The notes below the pieces were generated by a model, which did no database searches, was not told the DNA's origin, and was given only the letters and a program-made list of their open reading frames with translations. A stretch of DNA of 63,226 nucleotides, the filler included, from Octopus bimaculoides (taxonomy: Eukaryota), in NCBI RefSeq assembly GCF_001194135.2. It is 4 parts of 4 records of this genome, joined end to end, with 100 filler letters (N's around TTAATTAATTAA, not from the genome) between each part and the next. Parts side by side here need not be neighbours in the genome. Positions count along the whole stretch, not along the records: positions 16,844 to 45,476 come from NC_068983.1; 3 more parts are not named here. One strand, 5' to 3'. The position numbers were made by a program, and so were the translations under genes. The first letter of the stretch is position 1; every line of letters starts with the position of its first letter. Positions 23,801 through 36,118 of this stretch are shown here, piece by piece.

Positions 23801-24713
23801 AGAATCAATTATTTCATATTTCGTGATCAGAATTATTCATCGATGAATGATCAACTCTTTATATCAAAACGGTGACTGAATGAAAGTCATGATATGGTGT
23901 TCATATCATTTCCGTGATAACAGCAAATCGAACCATCGGGAAGTTGTTATCCACCATGCTACAGTGCTAACCACAACTTGCATGTTGAACCTTGTCTTTC
24001 ATCCTTTGGGGTCGATGAAATAACTGTTGAACACTTGGGTCGATGTAATCGACTTGCCCCCTCCTCTGAAATTGCTGGCCTGGTGCCAAAATTTGAAACC
24101 GATATCTGTGTTGAAATCAACTCCAACGAGATTTAAAATCAGAAGTGAGGAGGTTGAAACTCAATACAGGCTGTCTATTGTTTTGGATCATCTAACCGAG
24201 TTGAGGTACACAGATATTGCAAGTCATTCTTAAAGACAATAAATCAGATAAAATTTCCTATTAGTTCAGGAACAGAGTAAAAGGTGGGATTTGAAAGGAG
24301 AGGCCCCTAGCGTAGGTGTGAAAGAACGCAAATTTCTCTTTTGTTTATGCGTGCAATTAATGAATGTGTACCCGAACATCGAGGACGTTTGCTATGCCAC
24401 TGAATCAACCTATAATTTTTGAATTACAAAAAAAACATAAAACGAACTCGTTACAACTATCCAACTCTTGAATGAGTATATTTTAATCAACTCCATCAAC
24501 TATCGAAATATAGACTTGTGTATTCTTAACGTGTTTCAGGCAGAACCAGCACGACACAGCGCGTGATAAGGATCGACCTTTTATAAGTATAACCCATCAG
24601 ACAACTTTCCACGCAGTTTCCATCTACTTAATTTTACCCACAATCAAATTATGTAAGATGTAAATGTCATAGAATTAAGTCTATAAGATATATCAAACAA
24701 AAAAAATATTTAC

Positions 24714-24765
24714 CTCTCGTTGCTCGAAATACAGACAAATCTCCATCAGATTTCTTAGAAACAAG
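24714..24765 (-). CDS. Candidate internal exon of the inferred minus-strand gene
   Basis: ctcactcttgtag| ... GAG|GTAAAT, 52 nt, phase 2-0 LFLRNLMEICLYFEQRE. A second frame (LVSKKSDGDLSVFRATR) is also open. Confidence 0.4.
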
Positions 24766-24959
24766 CTACAAGAGTGAGTTTCATTCTCAAAAGTAACACA
24801 CTCTTATCTTACCAGTTATCGTCATCACTCTCACTTCTACCATCACCGAAGTTAGCAACGGAGTCATCCATTAGCAACAGCTTTCTCCATCACTCCTTCC
24901 CGAATGATCACCACTACAGTTTTCAAAAAGTTAAATCTCTCACAATTTTTTTTTTAATC

Positions 24960-25150
24960 AGGGAAAGGCCGCTGCTTTAGAGCCAGTGCAGCTTGATACC
25001 AGTTTCTTCGAAGGGGTTGCTGTCAGAACATAAAAAACCGGAACAAATATCGCAAAGCATCTGCCCCGAACCCCTAACAGTTCTTACAACCCTCCACTCT
25101 GGATCGATAATTTTGGCAGGATGGAAACCGTAAAGAATTGGATTGTTTTT
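24960..25150 (-). mobile_element. Decayed CRE-like retrotransposon fragment, downstream of RT
   Basis: Minus strand LSIQSGGL*ELLGVRGRCFAIFVPVFYVLTATPSKKLVSS resembles the LP...GGLG.R......LPAF.AS......LV motif. Same orientation as 22830-23800. Confidence 0.4.
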
Positions 25151-25479
25151 CCATCCACCTTCATTATTCATTTATCTATGTTTATCTAGTTTCCTCCGGT
25201 TTCATACAGCGCAAATTACGATTATGAAAGATTTTTTCTTAACGCTTTTGCCTCAAACTCCATTCCATGCTCTTTTCCTCCTGCTTTTCTTTTTTACCGA
25301 CCCTGAAAAGATGAAATACAAAGCGACTTCGGTTAGATGTAAGTCGTAACAAATACTGTAAGGCATTCTATCCAACACCTTAACATTGTTGATACGCCGT
25401 CTGAAACGTGTGCGCGCATTTACTTCATGCACAAAGTGCGCTAAAATATTTGATTTACTCGAAAAAAAAAAAAAAATGG

Positions 25480-25893
25480 CTGTGTGGTAAGTAGCTTGCT
25501 TACCAACCACATGGTTCCGGTTTCATTCCTACTGCGTGGCACCTTGGGCAAGTGTCTTCTGCTATAGCCTAGGGCCGACCAAAGCCTTGTGAGTGGATTT
25601 GGTAGACGGAAACTGAAAGAATCCCGTCGTATATATATATATATATATATATATATACGTATGTGTGTGTGTATGTTTGTGTGTCTGTGTTTGTCCCCCA
25701 GCATCGTTTGACAACCGATGGTGGTGTGTTTACGTCCCCGTAACTTAGCGGTTCGGCAAAAGACCCGATAGAATAAGTACTAGGCTTCCAAAGAATAAGT
25801 CCTGGGGTCGATTTGCTCGACTAAAAAGCGATGCTCCAGCATGGCCGCAGTCAAATGACTGAAACAAGTAAAAGAGTAAGAGAGTAAAAGAGA
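25480..25893 (+). mobile_element. Full-length SINE family C copy
   Basis: Low-divergence copy with (TA)n linker at about 25631-25660 and tail aaaagagtaagagagtaaaagag. Confidence 0.9.
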
Positions 25894-25903
25894 GATCCAC
25901 TAC

Positions 25904-25961
25904 CCCACAGTCTTGTAGAGGGAGCAGACCATTTGGATAATCTGGTTCCAGATGTGCAATG
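25904..25961 (-). CDS. Candidate internal exon of the inferred minus-strand gene
   Basis: Strong acceptor ccccttccttttctttag|, weak donor GTAGTG adjacent to a SINE tail. Phase 1-2 (A)LHIWNQIIQMVCSLYKTV(G). Confidence 0.3.
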
Positions 25962-26237
25962 CTAAAGAAAAGGAAGGGGTACTCATTACCTCAGCAGTGC
26001 TGACCTGACGCCAAAACAAGGACAAGAAACTATATTAAAGAATGAATGTTAATAATATACGAACTCTTATTTGTGTTTATTGTAAATGAATGCGCGTTTA
26101 TACAAAATTTACTTGCTGCTATTTCTAAAAATAAATAGGTAAAGTATATCCCAATCTTGGTAAATATACTCTTGTCGGAGATGCAAAATAATAAATGGTG
26201 ACAGTATGGACTTCTCAGTTAAGTCCCATGGTATAAC

Positions 26238-26297
26238 CTGCGTTAAGTTGAATTTTACAAACTTCTTCCTGGCAGCATGACTTCTTGTTGATGGAAA
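26238..26297 (-). CDS. Candidate internal exon of the inferred minus-strand gene
   Basis: gaattttctatag| ... CAG|GTTATA, 60 nt, phase 1-1 (L)SINKKSCCQEEVCKIQLNA. Confidence 0.3.
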
Positions 26298-26649
26298 CTA
26301 TAGAAAATTCTTTTTGGTTATATTTGATATTACTATGTATAGGTAGAAATTAAATTTGATATTACTATGCATTGGTAGAATTAATGAAGAAAAAAATTTA
26401 CTAATAAATGTACTCGGGAAAGGCATGAATGTCACTGTACCGTCCCCTCTTTATTTTAGTTTTATCTCGTTAATAATGACAGGATTTTTAAATGGTTTCT
26501 TAAACACTCCTTGTAATAACAGTACCAGTCAATTCTCTTTAGGTCTTTGTTAGTTTTCTTCGTTCGGTAAAAGTGGAACTAGTTGTAAGATGGGAAAATT
26601 GGAAACAATCAACGAAAGTCTGTAACGTTTCTTTGTACTATGCCTAACC

Positions 26650-26964
26650 CACTAGCGTAGCTGGAGGGGTCCACCTCGGGCGGCACTTTTGGGTCTGCTG
26701 TAGGCAATATGTTGGCAAGACTTCCGCCCGTCCCCCACCCAAAACCACCCTTAAAAAAAAATTTTTTTTTTTTTTTCGACACAAACCCCCTTTTCGGCTA
26801 CGGGGAATGCGAATCTGCAAAAAAAATTGGCAAAAATCGGCATTTTTAAATTTGGGAAAAAATCGGGGTGGGGACGGAAGTCTTTCCAGTATGTTTTTTG
26901 TGGGGTTTGGGGGCGGAAAACGGAAGGGCCGCCCCGGGTGGCACACGCTCTAGCTATGCTAGTG
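26650..26964 (+). mobile_element. hAT-type MITE with perfect 8-bp target-site duplication
   Basis: TIRs cactagcgtagct / agctatgctagtg; GCCTAACC at 26642-26649 and 26965-26972. Confidence 0.8.
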
Positions 26965-28007
26965 GCCTAACCAAAATAATAATTCTTTTTACTAAATGCA
27001 CAAGGCCTGAAATTTTAGGGGAGGGGACTAGTCGATTACAGAGACTCAGTACTTCACTGGCACTTATTGGACAACCTCGGCGAAATTTGAACTCAGAACC
27101 GAAAGACGGACAAAATGCCTCTAAGCATTTCGCCCAGCGTGCCACTTTAACCAAATAAAACAAATAAATAAAACCATATCTAAGAGAAGTGAACAAGCTA
27201 GAAATGTAAGAGAACTTTTTTAGTTTCGAGCTGCCTTTAAGTCCCAACGATCCGAGTTCAAATGCAGTATGAGTCAACTTAGCCATTCATGTCTTCATTG
27301 AATACCAGTTATGTACTGGTATTCATTCAAGCCACTGATCAAGGACAACACATCTCTTATAAGTATAGACAGTTCAAAAATCGATCTGTCGTGAGAAAAT
27401 TGAAAAATCTATAATTTGGAACAGTAAAGTGATTTGAGGAAAAAATCAAAGGGCTCGGAAAAATGATTAGCTTGCGATCATTTTGCTTCTTCTATACAAA
27501 GAAACAAATATTGAGTTCTTTGAAAAGTTTTATATTTACAGAAAACAAATGAGATTATATGACATTCATATCATTCTTATGTAAAGAATGAAATTGTGAC
27601 ATGCATACCTTCCTTAACGACCACATAAAGTGAAATGAATACAACTAAAAATTGAAACCTAGAAGGAAGAAATATCTCACCAATCTGTTTACGCTATTTA
27701 ACAATATATTATAATATTTGTAACATCTAGTTTTTAACGTAACTTCTTATATTGCACAATATTTATTATTTATTTATATACATGACTGATTATGAAATAA
27801 GCATAAACCAGAGGAGCCTCTGAGTGGTTGATCTATGAGCCGCAATCGCAACCAAATCTCCAAGTTGTACCCACCATATAAATTTTTTTAAAAGAACACA
27901 TTAGATAATGTAGTGTGTGATACACTATGGTTGAAAAAATGTAGAATGGTTGCAATTGGATTGCTTTAAACCATGTGGTGTCTCCTCAATAACAGCTAAT
28001 GTCTTAC

Positions 28008-28079
28008 GTACAGTAGAGCTAGCCGCGTCACGGTTACTATTACACCCATCTCGCGAGACGGATGTCAGTGAAAAATTTA
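28008..28079 (-). CDS. Candidate internal exon of the inferred minus-strand gene
   Basis: Poly-T acceptor ttttttttctag|, donor C|GTAAGA, 72 nt, phase 1-1 (I)NFSLTSVSRDGCNSNRDAASSTV. Confidence 0.35.
28049..28058. promoter_or_regulatory. TCTCGCGAGA palindrome (CGCG promoter element-like)
   Basis: Exact 10-bp palindrome. A near-copy TCTCGCGATT (minus strand) at 28362-28371 and a CCAAT at 28306-28310 lie in CpG-containing unique DNA. Function here is inference, and it overlaps a candidate exon. Confidence 0.25.
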
Positions 28080-28333
28080 CTAGAAAAAAAAAAAAAGAGG
28101 GGCACAGAAATGAGTTGGGGAGGGGGGACAAAATGTAAAAGATGAAATTTTTGTTGGACGAAATTCTTTCACAAAATGAAACAACCACCAAATTCTTTGC
28201 TCTTTTCTTTCTTCATGAGGCAGTGATAGATATTCCGAAAGTCCACTAATCGTATCATGAAACGAGAGTAGGCTTATTAAAAATCCACCGTCGTAAATTG
28301 CGAGCCAATAAGACTTGGTAGTACCTACCATAC

Positions 28334-28432
28334 TTTCACTAATTATTTTAGGTGCTACTGTAATCGCGAGAGGATAAGGCACTCTCTCGCTCCCCTTAAC
28401 TTTGACTGAGCGGAGTATCCAGGATGAGATAG
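28334..28432 (-). CDS. Candidate internal exon of the inferred minus-strand gene
   Basis: Acceptor ctgtctctctccctccag|, donor A|GTATGG, 99 nt, phase 1-1 (A)ISSWILRSVKVKGSERVPYPLAITVAPKIISE. Confidence 0.35.
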
Positions 28433-28790
28433 CTGGAGGGAGAGAGACAGCCGTACCAACAGCCTTCTGGTCTTATCACACGACAGGTGGTGTCTTGAGG
28501 ACGTACCCGACATAAAAAATATATACATTACTTGCATGTTTAATAATAATAATACACAACCAGGGACAAAAGGAACTAACCTAACACTGATTATAATATG
28601 TATTTACATACAACGCGAAACTAAAATTGTGAACCATGGAAAATGTTTGAGTATTTTCGGATACACCAGAGTTTCAACTCAGAAACATTTTCAAAATGGA
28701 AAGTTCGTGGATTCTTTTGCGTATGCAAAAATATATATTAACAAGATAATTATGAGGAAAAAGTCTTTTCTTTGGGTGAAGACCACTAAC

Positions 28791-28821
28791 CTGTAATTAT
28801 GCTAAATAACGAAATGGTCAT
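28791..28821 (-). CDS. Candidate first coding segment of the inferred minus-strand gene
   Basis: Within a 41-nt exon 28791-28831 (ccatttttttctaaag| ... CAG|GTTAGT). ATG at 28819-28821 gives MTISLFSIIT, ending in phase 1. Confidence 0.25.
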
Positions 28822-30473
28822 GGTTGGAACACTTTAGAAAAAATGGATATTTAGAAAAACTTAGCGTATCGTTCGATATATAAACTAGTCAACGTTAAGA
28901 AATAACAGCGAAACCCTTTTTGAATAAGGAAATAGATTGGAAAAAAAAAGTTAATTTTTTAAAGAATTATTTCATTTCAACATAATAATAACTTTAATCA
29001 ATAACTCTTAAACTCTAACCCTTAACTCCCGGAACTTGTTTCCTCAGAATATTTTCAATAATGCATATTGCACGTGTAAAGGAATCAACCAATGTATTTT
29101 CTATTTTGAAATTTTTCTATTACGGAGTTTAAATTCTGAGATATCCCATATTCCCATAAGACAGCAGTTCTTAAACTCAAATACAAATACCAATACCCTG
29201 CCCCCAACATTAAGGGTTATTTTTGTTCCTGCCTCATTATTAATGAGAAAACCAATTAGAGTTTACATCCACATAATCTTCTTCTCTGTGGTGTTGCGCA
29301 AGTTTTAAAAGTTCAAAACCATACTAACTTTATAAAACATGGGTTTAATAGACCTCTTTAAAATTCTCACATCCCTATCCAGAGGAGCCGGCCGGTCCCG
29401 CTTCCTTGAGATCCAAGATGCGGATGGAATAATAGATTTGGCAGTTAAACAATAACGAGAAAGAACCGCAGAGTGTCTGCATTTTCTATGTAAAATATCT
29501 AAGAGTGGGATATGATGTAAAGAAAAAAGATTTTAAAAGGCTATGTTCAACATATACAAAACTACATAAAAATTATAATATAAAAAAATAAACATTCAGT
29601 GACTTGTAAATTTTGTCTAAAAAAGTAAATCTTTAGACACCCATTAAATTAGCTGATGACTTTCAGACTTTTCTCAGACGATAAATAACGTTTATCATTT
29701 CATAAGGCAGTTTGTAATCTAACACAAATCGTTGGTTTGAAGTTTGACCTGAATATATATTTGAGTACAGAAATACTTCTTGTGCATGGACAAAGATAAA
29801 AGCAATCTTCTCGAAATTGATTTAAAAAAAAAAAAAATTTAATTCACAAGTAGCAGTTGCATTTTTGCTTGTAGCATATGAATTCTGCTGATTCATACCA
29901 CCCCCAAACATAAACACATGAAATTTGTAGCAATACTCACTCACTCACAAGAAAATAATAAACAATAAAAGTTAAGAATTTGTTGACTAATTCACTGGAA
30001 ATAAAATTCACACGCTTCCAAATCTCTTACAGGACAAATGTCCACAGCTTTAAAAAAATATTTTCATTGAACAAATTCTTGGTTATCCGGGAGTTTTTAG
30101 TTCTTTTCCTTAAACTTTATATCAATAAAATAAGAGACATGTGTTAAGATCTGGGTTTTATTATTTAAAACATTTAAACTTTGGCGAAGGAAAGAACAGG
30201 TTGTAATGTAGGAAATTTACTATTTCGAACAATTTTAATTTTACAAATATATTTTCTCACATAAAATAAAAAGAAAATTGGACAGAAAACACATTAGCAG
30301 AAACTGGTTTTGACTTATGACTTGTTTTCTTGGATAAGAAAAGATCGAATCACAATAGTTTAATTTGGATCCTACCGAAGTGTGACTGATGCTATCATTA
30401 TATATATATCAACACTGAAACTAAATTAATGAAAGAAACATTTTACAATTAGAATAAAGTGCGCGCACGAACG

Positions 30474-30509
<36 letters not shown>

Positions 30510-32100
30510 CACGCACACACTCATGTGTGCACGGTGATATATACGATAAATGTAACTATCGATATATCGATTAAAGTTAAATAAAGATTTTGAAAAAGGC
30601 AAGAGATGTTACGGCATGTCATAGTACACGTTTGTTGTTGGTTTAAAATTAACAAACATTATTACGATACATAGTAAATGATAATGGATAATAACAATAT
30701 TTAAATTTTGACTGTGATTAACTTACCAGAGTGAATTGTATATAAATAGGTACGCCTCGTTAACAGAACGAAAATAAAATATCATGGCAATTGACGAAGG
30801 CCGGAGCCTTATTTTTTTCTTTTTGTTGTTAAATAAAACAAGTCCAAGTGGTTAAAATTAATAATAAACAGAAACTGATACCAAATCCTCTGTTGTTCGG
30901 AATAAACTTCTTTAATATAAAAAACAAATTGCTCAAATAAAGCAGTAGTAGTTGTTGCATATCAAACTAGACTAAAAAAAAGTGACGGCGAAACCGCATT
31001 TCCTCTCTTTTTCTGTGTCTTTCTTTCTTTCTTTCTCTCTCTCTCTTTCTTTCTCTTTCTTCCTCTTTTCTTTCCTGGCCTAACTTCAGACTGGTTGTGA
31101 ATTCGAACTTACATTTTTTTCAACAATCTTCGCTATTACAAATGTGTGTGTATTTGTATGTGTATATATATAATATATCCATACATACATACATACATAT
31201 ATATATATANNNNNNNNNNNNNNNNNNNNNNNNNNNNNNNNNNNNNNNNNNNNNNNNNNNNNNNNNNNNNNNNNNNNNNNNNNNNNNNNNNNNNNNNNNN
31301 NNNNNNNNNNNNNNNNNNNNNNNNNNNNNNNNNNNNNNNNNNNNNNNNNNNNNNNNNNNNNNNNNNNNNNNNNNNNNNNNNNNNNNNNNNNNNNNNNNNN
31401 NNNNNNNNNNNNNNNNNNNNNNNNNNNNNNNNNNNNNNNNNNNNNNNNNNNNNNNNNNNNNNNNNNNNNNNNNNNNNNNNNNNNNNNNNNNNNNNNNNNN
31501 NNNNNNNNNNNNNNNNNNNNNNNAAAGTTGGTGTTGTGACGAAATAATTAAGTTTATTGTACATGTGTATAGATAGATAATAGATAGATAGATAGATAGA
31601 TAGATAGATCCCATTTTAAAACATGAGCATCGTGATGACAAATAATTAGGTTTAGGGTATGTGATCAGGTAACTTGATAAATTGTTACTGATAGCATATT
31701 AAACTGAAATGGAAGTCCTGCCAGGTAGACCTAAGTATTTATTGACAGTCTGTCACTCGCGGCCCGGCAGAATCGTTAGCATACCGGACAATATGCTTAG
31801 CGGCATTTCGTCCGTCTTTACGTTCTGATTTCAAATTCCGCCGAGGTCGACTTTGCCTTTCATCTTTACGGAGTCGATGAAATAAGTACCAGTTGAGCAC
31901 TGGGTCGATGTAACTGATTTAACCTATTCCTTCAGAATTTTAGGCCTTGTGCATATAGCTGAATTTTTTTGTTTGTTGTTTTTGTTTTTTCGTTAAACCT
32001 TCATAACACACACGCAGACACCTACACACACACTCAATATTTTGTCCTGTGTCGTCCATGATGTTTTCCTTGATGTAAACTCTTTGTGCTAAAAAAACAG

Positions 32101-32134
<34 letters not shown>

Positions 32135-34103
32135 TATTATTATTATTATTATAATTATTATTATTATTATGAAGGCGGCGAGCTGGCAGAATCGTTAGCA
32201 CGCCGGGCGAAATGCTTAGCAGTATTTCGTCTGAGGCTACGTTCTGAGTTCAAATTCCATCGAAGTTGACTTTGCTTTTCATCTTTTCGAAGTCGAGAAA
32301 TTAAGTACCAGTTGGGGGTCAATGTGATCGACTATTCCCACCCCCACAAAAACCAGGCCTTGTACCTATAGGAGAAAAGATTATTATTATTGTTGTTGTT
32401 TTTGTTGTTATTTGTCTCTCTTGCAAGCCTGAAAGCATTGTAAGAGAAAGTTAGTCCATGACAGGGGTATACCCTAGTCGATCACCAGCTGCATGTGATC
32501 AGTTAAATGACAACACAAGAGTCGTGTTCTGCAAGAGAAACCATGTGCAGAAAAGGATAATATCTGACGGTGACATAAACGTCCGTAAATTACAGAATAA
32601 GGAACCAGCTTACTTCAAAGGTGTGTGTGTGATTAAGAGAGTATAGTTTTGTTTGTGGTGGGGTGGGATATTAAATAACTCTTTCGTAAGTTTAAACAGT
32701 GCGGCTATATCCGTACCAGAGCACTTCGTAAGCTTTGTTTGTTGTAATTTCTAATGTTTGCCTTAGTTTTCTGTGTCAGATCTTAAAGGGTGGATTAACC
32801 CGTAAATTGATGCTATTTAACCCCAGGTCAGCTCTGATTAACAGATATGCCAAACATGATTGATCACCCACACCTACCTACCCGTTTTTGTTTCTTATAC
32901 GCGCAGTGTACCAAAAATCGCGTTATTCAATGTGTTACTTTTAAGAATGTATAATGTAATTTAAGGGAGATTTGATTGCTATTTCTAGTAAATTAAACGA
33001 CCGTCTAGAAGTTCATTTGTTGGCTCGCGGTTCACTTGACTCGTAAATTGATAGCATTAGTAATTTTTACTCCTTTAGTTTGTTGGTGAATGAGGAATTT
33101 CAGGAAAGCAAATATACTCGCTGGCGGATGTTGTTTACATAACATATGCTAGAAACTTTTTTGAGCTCGGGGTGGGAGATGTCTTCTTTTGCCAATTGTT
33201 ATCATTTTATTCGCATTTAGGGTACATTATAGTAATAATATAAATCAACTGCTGTATTGACTTTATCGACCCTAGTGAGATTTGAAATTGGAACACAATG
33301 ACCGTAAGCAAATACCACAAGGCATTTTGTTCAACACTAACAATTCTACCAATCTGCTGCCTGTCAGCTATGAACAAACAGGATAAGCATTCTTTGGATA
33401 TTTTCGAAGTCGCATTCTTGGCAATATTTTTTGCCGTTGACTCAGTAGTAGTTGTATCAATAAGTATTCGTGACTCAGTAATTGGAACAGTATAGCTGTA
33501 ATGACCTGGTAGATTTTTTTTTTTTTTTTTTGGTAATATGACGCTACTGGGACAATTCTGTTCATGTGGAAATAGGAGACAAACTATATAGCGTCTTAGC
33601 ATTATCTGTGACCAAAATGCGTTGATTTACTTAAGTATCTGTGGCAGGGCTGCCGTTACAGCTTAAAAGAGCTCCAATGCACAGAGGTATCTCTACATGA
33701 ACAACAGCATCATATATAGATTAGCACTGTGATCCTACCCCAGTGGGTCCCCCAGGTGACTATGCAGTGTGTCCAAGCGTGATAAAGCCACTAATTTGTG
33801 TGGCTCAGTTAATGTGACCGTTTGCAGGTAGCAACTAGGAAATCTATATATTCTTTATGAAGATTCTGTATTTTTTGCTTTGAGTAGATCTGATTGTGAC
33901 TTAATAAATTAATTACTATATTGCTTGGTCTTCTGCCTAATTCAAGTTCTATAAAGAGTCCTCTATTCTGGTATTTCAAGAGATGCAATGAAGACCAACA
34001 TAAAAAAAAAAATCATTCATTGTTTAATCACATAGTTAATAGTGTACCTAATAGAAATACTCTACTTTTGCAACCAAACACTGACTACCTGTAACTAAAA
34101 CAC

Positions 34104-34192
<89 letters not shown>
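34104..34192. repeat. Compound (CT)n(TA)n(GA)n microsatellite
   Basis: Direct reading. Confidence 0.95.
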
Positions 34193-34195
<3 letters not shown>

Positions 34196-34559
34196 GGATG
34201 TTTCTATGTGGCTTGCTTGTTTGTTGCACCTTGTTTACCATTTTTGTCCTTGTTCTTTTGCCACGTCATGTACCCAGTTATGTATCTATATGTACATGTG
34301 GATGAACGTATATACATACATGTACATATATATGCATATACNNNNNNNNNNNNNNNNNNNNNNNNNNNNNNNNNNNNNNNNNNNNNNNNNNNNNNNNNNN
34401 NNNNNNNNNNNNNNNNNNNNNNNNNNNNNNNNNNNNNNNNNNNNNNNNNNNNNNNNNNNNNNNNNNNNNNNNNNNNNNNNNNNNNNNATATATATATATA
34501 TATATATAGTGGCATATGTAAACTTTGGTCTCTTATATGTAAGTATATATTTATCTAAA

Positions 34560-34960
34560 TCTTGTGCAACTCTATTCTTTTATTCTTTCCTTCTTTCTAT
34601 CAGCCCTTTCACACTTATTTCGTTCATTCCACTCTTTGTTCTTTCATTCCCCCTCTCTCACATTTCATTGCCTTCTCTTCATGCTCACTTTCCCTCCTCT
34701 TTTCACTTCACTGTGTCCGTCATTTTTTCTCGTTCCTCCTTATTTCTTCTGTCCCTCTGCCTCTACCTCTCTCCTTTCTCTCTCCACATGACTTGTGTTC
34801 GGCGAAGCCTGACCTTTCTTTCTTGGTTCAGCCGTTGTCCGTGCAACATCTATACTCTTCCCAGTACCTGTGAAATCTTGTATCCCTGCCGTAAGGCTTT
34901 ACTTCCACACACGCCAGCTTAATTTAATTCGTCCTTAGTTAAAAGACACCAGTTGTTATG
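34560..34960 (+). mobile_element. Non-coding repeat homologous to 47930-48260 (-)
   Basis: Shared cacacgccagcttaatttaattc.tcc.tagt..aaagaca end and pyrimidine-rich body. Confidence 0.55.
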
Positions 34961-34969
34961 TCCTGTTAA

Positions 34970-35420
34970 TTGTATTTGTGTAACTTTCTCCGTTTTTTCT
35001 GTCCTGCTAGAATAAGAATAGGATGGAGGAAATCCAGAGAGCTGTTACTGTTGTTGGCCTCAAAAGGTTTCTCTCTCCAAGTGAAAGGAAGCTTGCATGA
35101 TGCAATACTTCATAGTAGTGAGACATGGGCCCTGAATGCAGAGGACATGCGAAGGTTAGAGAGGAATGAGGATAGTATGCTCTGCTGGATGTGTAATGTA
35201 AGTGTACATGTTCAACAGAGTGCCAGTGTTCTGAGAGAGAAGTCAAGCATAAGAGGAATTGGTTGCTTTGTGCAAGAGAGAAGACTGTGCTGGTTTGGTC
35301 ATGTAATATGGATGGATGCTGAAGGCTCCAATAAAGAAGTGCTGATCTCTCAAAATGGATGGAACATGTGGAAGTGGGAGACCAAGGAAAACATGGGATG
35401 AAGTACTGAACAACAACCAC
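34970..35420 (+). mobile_element. RTE-like LINE, 3' coding fragment
   Basis: LHSSETWALNAEDMRRLERNEDSMLCWMCNV...RRLCWFGHVIWMD matches the RTE post-RT LYGSETW...R.RW.GHV.RM pattern. Confidence 0.8.
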
Positions 35421-35788
35421 AGAATGCTGAAACTTTCAGGTGAGATGACAGAGGACCAAAATACCTAGTGCCTGGTCGTACTCAAGAAGACCTGTACTCC
35501 ACAGCAGAAGTGTAAAGCACTCATGGCGGTGCCTCATAAAAGCACTTGTGCAGTGCCACGTGAAAGCTCTTGTGTGCTACTACATAAATGCACCTGTGTG
35601 GTGTCATGTAAAAATGTCCAGCACACTCTGTAAAGTGGTTAGCATTAGGAAAGGAATCCAGCTGTAGAAACCATGCCAAATCAGACTGGCAGTACCCCAG
35701 CTTGCCAACTCTGGTCACATCATCCAACCCATGCCAGCAGACATTAAATGATGATGATGATGATGATACATATTTATATATGCATATA

Positions 35789-35843
<55 letters not shown>

Positions 35844-35987
35844 NNNNNNNNNNNNNNNNNNNNNNNNNNNNNNNNNNNNNNNNNNNNNNNNNNNNNNNNN
35901 NNNNNNNNNNNNNNNNNNNNNNNNNNNNNNNNNNNNNNNNNNNNNNNNNNNNNNNNNNNNNNNNNNNNNNNNNNNNNNNNNNNNNNN

Positions 35988-36036
<49 letters not shown>

Positions 36037-36118
36037 TACATACACACATATATATATATATACATACATGCAAACATACAAACATGCATACATACATACA
36101 TACATACATACATACTTA

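Noticed and set aside
25986-26000. Possible 15-nt microexon (VSTAE) on the minus strand
   Set aside because: It would leave a 24-28 nt intron before the 25961 acceptor and does not fit the phase chain.
33207-33602. 131-aa minus-strand ORF with Thr-rich and hydrophobic parts
   Set aside because: About 33240-33360 is a degraded family A SINE, the ORF crosses a poly-A run, and no usable acceptor is present.
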